Shown: one piece after another, positions 17,420 to 25,217 of the stretch
Layout of the letters: the number at the start of each line of letters is the position of its first letter
Position numbering within the stretch: the first letter of the stretch is position 1
Source: Wielerella bovis
GTDB lineage: Bacteria; Pseudomonadota; Gammaproteobacteria; Burkholderiales; Neisseriaceae
Direction of reading: 5' to 3'
DNA: 32,000 bases
Assembly (NCBI RefSeq): GCF_022354465.1
Contig: NZ_CP092361.1
Location: 1,982,522 to 2,014,521 of the forward strand
Program-made: the position numbers and the translations under genes
Notes under the pieces: generated by a model
Database searches by the model: none
Told to the model about the DNA's origin: nothing
What the model saw: only the letters and a program-made list of their open reading frames with translations

Positions 17420-18003
17420 TTATATATTGCCCCCAATTCAAGGGGCAGTCAAAAATTTAAAATCACGGCGAAAGCCCCTTGAATTAACTAATGTTAATTT
17501 TCAAGGGGCTTTTAACATGAAGGAAGTAGGCAAGAGATGAGCAAAATAGACATGAACGTCCGCATAGACAGATTAGTAGAAAGTCAAAACTACCGATTAG
17601 GCTTAATGCTAATAGAGAACGGCAAGATGGGTAAATTTGAAACCTACATTTGTCAAACGCTCGCCGAAGTCTGCGAAAGAATAGCCAAGTTTGAAGCACA
17701 AAATCTAACCCTTATATATTGCCCCCAATTCAAGGGGCAGTCAAAAATTTAAAATCACGGCGAAAGCCCCTTGAATTAACTAATGTTAATTTTCAAGGGG
17801 CTTTTAACATGAAGGAAGTAGGCAAGAGATGAGCAAAATAGACATGAACGTCCGCATAGACAGATTAGTAGAAAGTCAAAACTACCGATTAGGCTTAATG
17901 CTAATAGAGAACGGCAAGATGGGTAAATTTGAAACCTACATTTGTCAAACGCTCGCCGAAGTCTGCGAAAGAATAGCCAAGTTTGAAGCACAAAATCTAA
18001 CCC
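17420..18003 (+). repeat. Perfect tandem duplication of a 292-bp unit (17420-17711 and 17712-18003)
   Basis: Base-by-base comparison of the two units shows no mismatch. The junction has CC(C)T microhomology. Confidence 0.9.
17537..17752 (+). pseudogene. Truncated duplicate of the small phage gene at 17829..18083
   Basis: The first 59 aa are identical to the downstream copy. It then reads across the duplication junction (..QNLTLIYCPQFKGQSKI*). Confidence 0.5.
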
Positions 18004-18083
18004 TATTTGAAAACGCCATAGATTACCAAAAAACCGACTGGCGAGAGTTAGCAAGACAAAACAAAGCGAAAAAGGCAGCCTGA
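17829..18083 (+). CDS. Hypothetical small phage protein (84 aa)
   Basis: ORF with an upstream GAAGGAAG RBS region, on the same strand as the phage genes. I recognise no family. Confidence 0.5.
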   Translation: MSKIDMNVRIDRLVESQNYRLGLMLIENGKMGKFETYICQTLAEVCERIAKFEAQNLTLFENAIDYQKTDWRELARQNKAKKAA

Positions 18084-18305
18084 AAATGAAAGATGTTCAA
18101 ACCACACAATTAGCCAAACAAGGCAGCATCGCGCAAGGCGGTGGCTGGGGCAGCGCAAGCGACACTTGCCAACGCCAGCGCGATGCAAGCCCCCCTAGGC
18201 TAATAGGGGGGGAACAAACAAAAATCCCTAAATAGCCATACAGGGGAACAAATAAAAAAATTTACTTAAATTCAAACAAACCAAGTTATCAAGGGAACTT
18301 AAAAA

Positions 18306-19749
18306 ATGACCACTCTAGATTTCCAAAACTACGAATACTTCACCCACGCCGTAACCGTAGGCGGAAAAATCCTAGAAGTTCCCTTACGCAAAGGACAAAA
18401 AGACAGCGCATTCATAGACGCACTCACATTCACAATCAAGAAACAAACCATAGACATCAACAAAGGACTGTGCATCACAGATTTAGAGTATGTCGCCGCG
18501 TATAGCGAAATCCTACAAGACATTTTCGGTTTCGGCGTAAGCGAAAAAGCAGGTAAAGGACGTTATTTCTACAACGCATTCTACCGACTCGGCACCAAAG
18601 AAACCGAATATGGGACACTTCACATCGGCGGACAAAGAGAAACCATCTTAATTGAATTAACAGGTATAGTCGTAGAAGTGAAAAAGCAGTACAAGGCGAC
18701 AACGTCCGCCGTGTGTGAAAACACATCAGGACGTTGGCAACGCTGTAATGATTTTTCAATTCTGCGACTATACAGGCTGCCAAGCAGCAAAACCAGGTTG
18801 GGAACAAAGACTATACCAATTCCTAACCCAAGCCGTCCGTCCAAGAATTACACGCATAGACTGCGCTCATGACTTCTTCAATGGCGAATACAGCCCAGAA
18901 CAAGCCATGTTAGACCACAACAAAGGTTTATTCAACCGTGCAAACAAACGCCCAAAAAGCGAATGCAAAGGCACCGCCTGGCGAGAAGAAGACTACACAG
19001 GCAAAACATTCTACATCGGGAGACGTGGCAGTTCCAAACTCGTCCGCGTTTACGAAAAAGGCAGACAACTAGGCGACAAAGACAGCCAATGGACACGCTT
19101 TGAAATAGAGTTCAGAAACAAAGACTGCGTTATTCCACTAGAAATTCTAACCGCACCAGGCGAATTTCTCACAGGAGCCTACCCAGTCGGAGAAACCCTG
19201 TTTACAACAACAGCCCAATCCATAGAAGCAGCGACCGAAAAAGTGAACATCACTTTTGACAGCAAACTAGCCCACGCCAAAAACCAAGTCGGGCGCATGG
19301 TCCGCTTCCTAAATGATATTGGCTGGACACCCGAACAAATCATAGAAGCCCTAATTGGCGAAGAAGACAAATACCCAAAAGGCTTAAACCCAGAAGAATA
19401 CGACTGCGACAAAGCTCAAGTTCACTATCTCACAACAGAAGACATTGACTACACCGAATTGCCAACAGACGAACTAGACGAAGTCATCAAAATAGAAACC
19501 GCCATCAGAATCTTTGACCAAGACACCCAATTAAAAACCGATTGGCAAAAACAACTGATAGCCGAATTTCCAGACGACTTCAAACGCTGGCTAGACATCT
19601 GGAAACAGCAGCAATACTACGGCATTAACCACCATTTACGCGAAGCCGAAAATTTAAGAAGAGAACAAGAAAGCCATCTTGACTATCTCTATTCCAAATA
19701 CGGCACATTTTTTCCAACCCAAACTAAAAGGACAACATCATGTCATTAA
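18306..19749 (+). pseudogene. Filamentous-phage replication initiation protein (Rep_trans family) interrupted by a MITE
   Basis: Two overlapping ORFs (18306..18872 and 18715..19749) sit in different frames. Deleting 106 bp (18667-18772) joins them in frame to give ...LIELTGTGCQAAKPGWEQ..., about 445 aa. Rep_trans-like motifs: RIDCAHDF, FYIGRRGSSKLVRVYEKG, WTRFEIEFR. Confidence 0.85.
18665..18772. mobile_element. Correia-like MITE, subfamily B, copy 1, inserted in the phage rep gene
   Basis: TATAGTCGTAGAAG...CTGCGACTATA, 108 bp including the duplicated TA. It differs at only 2 positions from the reverse complement of 30754-30861. Confidence 0.88.
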
Positions 19750-20069
19750 ATTTTAACGAACAAACCCCACTCATCTACCAAAAGAAAATTGTCATGGGCG
19801 TATCCCGCTTCAAAGGCGAAGTAGATAAAAACCAAATTGACAACTGCAACGTCTTAATCGCAGCCCCATTGAGCAGCGACAAAGATAACGCGAAAGGCTT
19901 TGGCGTAGCCAAAGTCCCCTTTGGCAAAAGCGACAACTTCAACAAATTTCTCGGTGTAACGTTCCCCTGCGAAATGGAGTTAGCCTTCGTTACAGAAACC
20001 AACGCATCAGGCAAACAACGCGAAGTTCTGAAAGACATTCGCCTGATTGCTCCACCAGCAAAAGGATAA
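19740..20069 (+). CDS. Hypothetical phage protein. Its position suggests the ssDNA-binding (gV-like) protein.
   Basis: 109 aa. Its start overlaps the rep stop (ATGTCATTAA), which implies translational coupling. The functional guess rests on synteny only. Confidence 0.5.
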   Translation: MSLNFNEQTPLIYQKKIVMGVSRFKGEVDKNQIDNCNVLIAAPLSSDKDNAKGFGVAKVPFGKSDNFNKFLGVTFPCEMELAFVTETNASGKQREVLKDIRLIAPPAKG

Positions 20070-20073
20070 CCCT

Positions 20074-20262
20074 ATGCAAATCAAATACATCGTGCAGGAT
20101 TTGGAAACGTGCGAATTCCTGTATCCCTCGCCCGATGGCGATGTAGGGCAAACGCCCTACATAAAACAGGCAGGGCATTTTGAAGAAATGCAAGATGCCC
20201 TAGATGCAGGGGAAGATTTAGGCGCACCCTTTACCATTTTTACTTTTTACCTACCTAAATAG
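20074..20262 (+). CDS. Hypothetical small acidic phage protein (62 aa)
   Basis: ATG at 20074 preceded by AAAGGA. I prefer this start to the track start at 20047, which overlaps the previous gene. Confidence 0.45.
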   Translation: MQIKYIVQDLETCEFLYPSPDGDVGQTPYIKQAGHFEEMQDALDAGEDLGAPFTIFTFYLPK

Positions 20263-20338
20263 GCAGCCTGAAAAGCAAAAAGCAAATTCAGCCCAAATCA
20301 AATTCAATCCAAAACCCAAACCCAATTTACTGCGTGCC

Positions 20339-20390
20339 GGGCGGTTGCGCAGATAAACCCCTTGATAACCGCCCATTTTCCATTTTTTTA
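20339..20390 (+). terminator. Hairpin plus T-run between the replication module and the coat gene
   Basis: GGGCGGTT (20339-20346) pairs with AACCGCCC (20367-20374), followed by ATTTTCCATTTTTTT. Confidence 0.45.
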
Positions 20391-20414
20391 ACTTAATTTT
20401 TAAGGAGTTCAATC

Positions 20415-20630
20415 ATGAACATCAAACAAAAAATGACTCGTGTAGCAGTCGTATCCACAGCAGCATTGGCAACCGCAAGCGCACAAGCTGGCACAATCGC
20501 AGATGCAGTAACTCAAGGCACAACAGGCTTGGTTGAAGACTTGGGGGCAACAGGCGCGATTGTAATCGGCATTGTCGTAGTCGGCGTTGGCATCGGCGCA
20601 GCAATCCGTATGTTACGCAAAGGCGGTTAA
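20415..20630 (+). CDS. Inovirus major coat protein (gVIII-like)
   Basis: 71 aa. Signal peptide ending AQA. Acidic mature N-terminus, a Gly/Ala/Val/Ile-rich TM helix, and a basic C-terminus (RMLRKGG). Strong AAGGAG RBS. Confidence 0.78.
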   Translation: MNIKQKMTRVAVVSTAALATASAQAGTIADAVTQGTTGLVEDLGATGAIVIGIVVVGVGIGAAIRMLRKGG

Positions 20631-20647
20631 TCTTAAGGAGCTACCAT

Positions 20648-20959
20648 ATGAAAGGTTATAGAGTAGGCGGTCAATGCTTCGCCACTTCGGAGGAAGCGTC
20701 CAATTACAAAATGAGTATGGTAGTTCCGACCATTACGGCGGACGGGGAATTAAAAACCCCCGTCTACCAAAATGGTAACTGGTATTACGGCACTCAAAAA
20801 ATAGTTCTCACATTTCCAGAATGCGACCCAAAAGAATCTTTTATAGAAGGTTTACAAGTTGGGACTATGTTAATCGGACTATTTTTACTTACTTTCGGCA
20901 TTAAAACGGCAATAAGAATGCTGTATGCAATCAATCAAGACACAAATAGCGAGTGTTAA
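20648..20959 (+). CDS. Hypothetical phage membrane protein (103 aa, C-terminal TM helix)
   Basis: AAGGAG RBS, and the gene is tightly packed after the coat gene. Confidence 0.55.
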   Translation: MKGYRVGGQCFATSEEASNYKMSMVVPTITADGELKTPVYQNGNWYYGTQKIVLTFPECDPKESFIEGLQVGTMLIGLFLLTFGIKTAIRMLYAINQDTNSEC

Positions 20960-20961
20960 AA

Positions 20962-21468
20962 ATGGAGACAGGTAAACCCAAACCAGGCATGGAAATGATA
21001 GGCGGTGGTGGTTCAAGTGGTGGTGGTTCAAGTGGTGGCGGTTCAAGCGGAGCGAAAACTCAAACAGTAGTAGGTCAAGCCATTCAAAAATCCACAGAAG
21101 GATTAAACACCGATTTATATGTTGTTTCAGGAATTTTAATTCTCATAACCGTGATAATTGTTGGTGTAGCAGCAGTCATCAAAATGATGAGAGAAGCCGA
21201 AATGGGAGAACTGCGTATAGACATGACCGATGAACAATTTGCCGATGAAATGTTTAGCTATCAAGACGGAGAAGAACATAGCCATTTTACCGATGAATTT
21301 GTTCAAGACTTCTTTGATGAAACAAACGAGCATACCGCTAGCACCTTTGCGAGCGAAATGTTTACAGATGAGCCACCAGATGACCCGATAGACCAATTTG
21401 TAACAGACATGTTTACAGAAACTGACACAACAGAAAGCGAATTGGAGTCACAAGATGAGAAAGGATAA
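20962..21468 (+). CDS. Hypothetical phage membrane protein with a Gly/Ser-rich N-terminus, one TM helix and an acidic repeat tail
   Basis: METGKPKPG..GGGGSSGGGSSGGGSSG.. is followed by LYVVSGILILITVIIVGVAAVI. The tail carries repeated DEMF/DEFV/SEMF/TDMF motifs. The ATG at 20962 is 3 nt after the previous stop. Confidence 0.55.
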   Translation: METGKPKPGMEMIGGGGSSGGGSSGGGSSGAKTQTVVGQAIQKSTEGLNTDLYVVSGILILITVIIVGVAAVIKMMREAEMGELRIDMTDEQFADEMFSYQDGEEHSHFTDEFVQDFFDETNEHTASTFASEMFTDEPPDDPIDQFVTDMFTETDTTESELESQDEKG

Positions 21469-21470
21469 AA

Positions 21471-21539
21471 ATGAACGACACAATCATGTTTTTACTCGGG
21501 CTGCTGTTCACAGCACCGTTTTTACTCTTATTTTTTTAA
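21471..21539 (+). CDS. Possible 22-aa hydrophobic peptide (gVII/gIX-like small virion protein)
   Basis: AAAGGATAAAAATG, then MNDTIMFLLGLLFTAPFLLLFF*. It is too short for the ORF track. The call rests on position and hydrophobicity only. Confidence 0.3.
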   Translation: MNDTIMFLLGLLFTAPFLLLFF

Positions 21540-21561
21540 TGGGCTGGATATGGCAACAATA

Positions 21562-21585
21562 AAAGGCAGCCTGAAAGCTGCCTTT
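21562..21585. terminator. Bidirectional hairpin between convergent genes
   Basis: AAAGGCAGC-CTGAAA-GCTGCCTTT, a 9-bp stem that contains a DUS. Confidence 0.55.
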
Positions 21586-21589
21586 GTGA

Positions 21590-21874
21590 TTATTCTTGCT
21601 GAATTTTGATTTTTTGATATTGAATTTTTAAAGCATTAACTGCCGTTAATAGTGCAGCATCAAACAGATGTGGATTATCTAAAATGGGTTGAAGTTGTTC
21701 CATGCTTGCCATAACACCTAAATAAACAGGTTTATTGGTTTGCATTTCTTCAAAGGTCATTTTGTCTATTTCAATGTGTGTTGAGCAGCTGAGAATTCCT
21801 AAATTTTCTTTAAAAGTGCCACTCCATAAATTCACACTTGGGCTGTATGTGAAATCTTTAATGTCGTAATCCAT
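21590..21874 (-). CDS. Opposite-strand cargo (moron) gene inside the prophage; 94-aa hypothetical cytoplasmic protein
   Basis: The ATG at 21874 (MDYDIKDFTYSP...) has a GGAG RBS 8 nt upstream, so I prefer it to the track start at 21955. It is the only minus-strand ORF in the phage with an RBS, and it is AT-rich. Confidence 0.55.
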   Translation of the reverse strand: MDYDIKDFTYSPSVNLWSGTFKENLGILSCSTHIEIDKMTFEEMQTNKPVYLGVMASMEQLQPILDNPHLFDAALLTAVNALKIQYQKIKIQQE

Positions 21875-21905
21875 TTGTTTATCTCCGTGAAAGTTGAAAT
21901 ATATC

Positions 21906-23561
21906 ATGAAGCTTTTTCGTATTTTAATTCCTTTTTTTCTTTTTGTATCACTCAATTCTTTTGCTGATACTGCCTATATCCCACCTAATACTCCACAAGC
22001 TGTTATTACTCGTACTGCTAATGGAAATCCTATTCATGTTAAAACTCCTATTAGGGGCGGTGCCACATATTCTGGGAGTCTTGATAGTGGTCTTACAATT
22101 AATGTTCCAAATAAACAATTCAACAGCGTAAAAGCCCAAAACGGCAACGTAACCGCCACCAAAACCCACCCCGCCACCTTTACCGATTCGCACGGCGCAA
22201 AAGCAACAGGCACCGTCAACACCCAAACCAATGTAGGCAAAATGAGCAATTTAAGCAAAGGCTTTGCCACCTACGCAGGTGTAAGTATCGCTGGTGCAGT
22301 CGTCAACAGTCCTCACGCTCAACAAGCAGCTCAATCACTCGGGCAAGGAGACTACGGAAAAGCAGCTGCTCACGCAACAGCAGCATTTGATTTCTCTGGT
22401 CTCGGCTCTGGTCTTTATGGTTTATTTGACATTTTCCAAAACGCCAGGGCAGGCAAAGAAATGGGAAAAGCCGTTCAAAATGCAGCTGCACAAAAAGCCC
22501 AAGCTGCTGCTCAACAGGCAGAACAACAGCGTAAAAACAATGAAGATTTTAATAAATACCTTCCAAACCCGGCAACAGGTAAACCAGCAGTTTACCCTAA
22601 ATTATTAATAACGGAGGGCTATTATGGAGGTCATGTCAAAATTCTTCCTCATGATTCTAATATTGGTCAAGGCGGTACAAAAAGTGGACATTTTTTTCAA
22701 GAAATTAACTGGGGGTTCGGGGATTGGAATTGTTACAGCCGTAGCTGCTATCCTCCTTCTGGTACAACTTGGCATTCCGTTCAAGTAACGGAGAAAAACT
22801 ACGACCAGTATAAAGATGCTATAGCTCAAGCCATTAATTCATCGCCTAACACCTTAACTCTGGAAGATTTCCTGTTAAATCAGCAAGAAATTATGGCAAT
22901 TATTGCAGATTATTTGGACAAGAATCTCGCCCAAAATCAAGCCTTAACAGAAGCCATCACCAACATGATGTGGCAGTTAGGCGCGGGAAACGGCGGTATT
23001 GGCGCAGAAAATACACAAACTACAATAGTAGGCAGCCAAGCTGACAACACCTTCGTCTCTCCCCCCTACACACCTGCTGGAAGCAACCAAGCTCAACAAA
23101 CTCAATTTGTTGTAAACCAAGACGGAAGTGTAACCACATCAACGATACCACGTCCAGACTTAAATGCACATACCAGTCAAGCACCAACACGACATCCGAT
23201 AGGACAAAACACTTCATCAACACAATCACAGACAGAAACGCCTAAAAGCCAATCAACAGCTTCTGCACCTGATATTTGTGCGATGAATCCTAACTCTTTG
23301 ATGTGTAGCCCTTTGGGCAACATGGACTACGAAGACATAAAGCTACCGACAAATACGGTCAATATCAGCTTAAACCCTTTAAATATTTTTCAAACAACAG
23401 GCGTATGCCCACCACCAGAAGAGTTAAATTTATTGGGAAACCGCTTCTTATTCAGCTATCAGCCAATGTGTGATGGTGCGTTGAAATTGAGACCATGGTT
23501 GATTTTTCTTGCCATGATTTTATCGTTTTTAATTGTGAAAGATTCAATAGAAAGGCAATAA
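21906..23561 (+). CDS. Putative adsorption / minor coat protein (gIII-like; analogous in position to Neisseria TspB)
   Basis: 551 aa. Signal peptide MKLFRILIPFFLFVSLNSFA. Ala/Gln-rich and Ser/Thr/Gln-rich low-complexity linkers. Cys-containing C-terminal region and a C-terminal hydrophobic anchor (WLIFLAMILSFLIV). It is the largest ORF upstream of the pVI-like and Zot genes. Confidence 0.62.
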   Translation: MKLFRILIPFFLFVSLNSFADTAYIPPNTPQAVITRTANGNPIHVKTPIRGGATYSGSLDSGLTINVPNKQFNSVKAQNGNVTATKTHPATFTDSHGAKATGTVNTQTNVGKMSNLSKGFATYAGVSIAGAVVNSPHAQQAAQSLGQGDYGKAAAHATAAFDFSGLGSGLYGLFDIFQNARAGKEMGKAVQNAAAQKAQAAAQQAEQQRKNNEDFNKYLPNPATGKPAVYPKLLITEGYYGGHVKILPHDSNIGQGGTKSGHFFQEINWGFGDWNCYSRSCYPPSGTTWHSVQVTEKNYDQYKDAIAQAINSSPNTLTLEDFLLNQQEIMAIIADYLDKNLAQNQALTEAITNMMWQLGAGNGGIGAENTQTTIVGSQADNTFVSPPYTPAGSNQAQQTQFVVNQDGSVTTSTIPRPDLNAHTSQAPTRHPIGQNTSSTQSQTETPKSQSTASAPDICAMNPNSLMCSPLGNMDYEDIKLPTNTVNISLNPLNIFQTTGVCPPPEELNLLGNRFLFSYQPMCDGALKLRPWLIFLAMILSFLIVKDSIERQ

Positions 23562-23563
23562 AA

Positions 23564-23851
23564 ATGAAAGGTTCTATCGGTTTATTACTCACATCGGTTT
23601 TTACCACGCTAGCCGGCAAAATCATGGCTGCTCTAGGCTTGAGCATCATAACCTACACAGGTGTAACCGCGTTGCAACAACAAATGATTTCCCGTATTTC
23701 CAGCGGATTAGATGACATTCCATCAGCTTCATTACAAATCTTCTATTTAGCTGGCGGCGGTGTCGCTTTAAACTGGTTAATGTCTGCCATTTCCTTTTCA
23801 TTGGGATTCAAAGCAGTTTCTAAACTAGGGACAGTATTCTCAAATAAATAA
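23564..23851 (+). CDS. Small phage membrane protein (gVI-like position)
   Basis: 95 aa from the ATG at 23564, which is 3 nt after the previous stop. Two to three hydrophobic segments. Confidence 0.55.
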   Translation: MKGSIGLLLTSVFTTLAGKIMAALGLSIITYTGVTALQQQMISRISSGLDDIPSASLQIFYLAGGGVALNWLMSAISFSLGFKAVSKLGTVFSNK

Positions 23852-23902
23852 TTAATAAACAATGATTTATTAATTAAATTGAATTATATTTAAGGGGTTA
23901 AT

Positions 23903-25054
23903 ATGATTAGTTTAATAACAGGTATGCCAGGCATGGGCAAAACCAGTTTAATGGTTTCTATGTTGCTCAATCGCAAGGATTTAAAAACACGCCCTTTGTA
24001 TGTAGAAGGTATTCCAGATTTAAAATTGCCACACGAAGAAATTCCCGAAGGTCATTCAATGGAAGATTGGCATGTTTGGGCACCTACTGGCGCGATTTTA
24101 GTGATTGATGAAGCACAAAGAATTTTCCGTCCGCGTTCTGCTGGCGCAAAAGTACCTGAACATGTTCAAGCGTTGGAAACTCATAGACACAAGGGTGTTG
24201 ATATTTTTATTCTTACACAGCATCCACGTTTATTAGATGTAAATGTTCGCTCTCTCGTTGGTGAGCATCGCAATATCAGCAACACCCTTCTTGGTGTTCG
24301 CCGTGTCAGCTACTGGGCGCGCTGCGCCAATCCTGAAAGCAAAACAGATATTTCTGAAGCAAAAAACAGCGTCTTCCGTCTTCATAAAGATGCGTTTGGT
24401 TTGTATAAATCTGCTGAAGAACACAATAAAATTTCAGGTAAACGAACCATGTGGATTTATATTATTCCAATCGCAATAATTTTCAGTATATTCATGATTT
24501 TACATATGATAAACCGCTATAATCAGCGATTTGGAACAGATAAAAATCAAACAAATCAAACAACGATAACGCAACAACATCAAATAGCATCACAAGCACA
24601 AATGCAGCCTGATAGTGTGCCTGTTGGTCAGTATTCAGGCAATGCACACAATATGAGTGTATCTGAACCTACTCAACCACAAAGGCAGCCAATTAAAGTT
24701 GAAGACTTTAAGCCTGATATTGAAGGCAGACCGTGGACAGCACCGATTTATGATAATTTTAATCGTAATTATCAGACGATGCCTTACCCAGTTATGTGTG
24801 TTAAATCATCTAAAAAATGTACTTGCTATACGGACCAAGCGACACCCATTAGAGATATGGATAAAGGTTTATGTATGGATTTTGCTGAAAACGGCATTTA
24901 CAATCCATATTTGAAAAACGAATATCAAGATGTTCAGCCAAGTGAAACCGTTGGGCAACCAGTTCAATCGACTGCGCAAATATCCGAACTTGGCGGCGAG
25001 CCACTTCCATCACTCAGCCCCGCCAATTCAAGTCATTTGAAAGTGATTCAGTAA
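23903..25054 (+). CDS. Zot-like / gI-type filamentous phage assembly ATPase
   Basis: 383 aa. N-terminal Walker A motif GMPGMGKTS and Walker B-like motif LVIDEAQ. Central TM helix (MWIYIIPIAIIFSIFMILHMI), followed by a periplasmic C-terminal domain. Confidence 0.85.
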   Translation: MISLITGMPGMGKTSLMVSMLLNRKDLKTRPLYVEGIPDLKLPHEEIPEGHSMEDWHVWAPTGAILVIDEAQRIFRPRSAGAKVPEHVQALETHRHKGVDIFILTQHPRLLDVNVRSLVGEHRNISNTLLGVRRVSYWARCANPESKTDISEAKNSVFRLHKDAFGLYKSAEEHNKISGKRTMWIYIIPIAIIFSIFMILHMINRYNQRFGTDKNQTNQTTITQQHQIASQAQMQPDSVPVGQYSGNAHNMSVSEPTQPQRQPIKVEDFKPDIEGRPWTAPIYDNFNRNYQTMPYPVMCVKSSKKCTCYTDQATPIRDMDKGLCMDFAENGIYNPYLKNEYQDVQPSETVGQPVQSTAQISELGGEPLPSLSPANSSHLKVIQ

Positions 25055-25064
25055 CTTCATTATA

Positions 25065-25125
25065 GGTGCGATTTTTGTAAATGTTACTATGCCCCAAGCA
25101 TAGTAACGTTTGCAAAAATCGTACC
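25065..25125 (+). other. 28-bp-stem hairpin in the non-coding region upstream of the recombinase gene
   Basis: GGTGCGATTTTTGTAAATGTTACTATGC-cccaa-GCATAGTAACGTTTGCAAAAATCGTACC. The only three imperfect positions are G-T (G-U) pairs when read on the plus strand. Confidence 0.7.
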
Positions 25126-25165
25126 CACCAACCGTAGGGCGGTAGTCGTTGAATTTCACAAACAT

Positions 25166-25217
25166 AAACCAAAAACCCTAAACCATTTCTACGGAGCTGG
25201 TTTAGAGATTTTGGTTT
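25166..25217 (+). other. Second imperfect 20-bp-stem hairpin in the same leader
   Basis: AAACCAAAAACCCTAAACCA-N12-TGGTTTAGAGATTTTGGTTT, with 2 mismatches. Confidence 0.6.

Noticed and set aside
15556-17436. Long minus-strand ORFs (131-167 aa) overlapping parE
   Set aside because: They are antisense shadow ORFs of a GC-richer, highly conserved gene. Their Arg/Cys/Ser-rich low-complexity translations have no start context.
17420-18003. Possible CRISPR array or satellite
   Set aside because: There are only two copies of a 292-bp unit with no spacers and the units contain protein-coding sequence, so this is a tandem duplication. I saw no CRISPR-like short repeat-spacer array anywhere in the window.
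18329-18844. Minus-strand ORFs over the rep gene and MITE (18329..18523, 18475..18807, 18620..18844)
   Set aside because: They are antisense to rep and partly MITE-encoded. The CIVAELKNHYSVANV string recurs wherever the MITE occurs, so it is not evidence of a gene.
21894-21905. TTG start at 21894 for the pIII-like gene, and start at 21955 for the antisense cargo ORF
   Set aside because: Both extensions overlap each other. The internal ATGs (21906 on the plus strand, 21874 on the minus strand) give a proper signal peptide and a proper RBS respectively.
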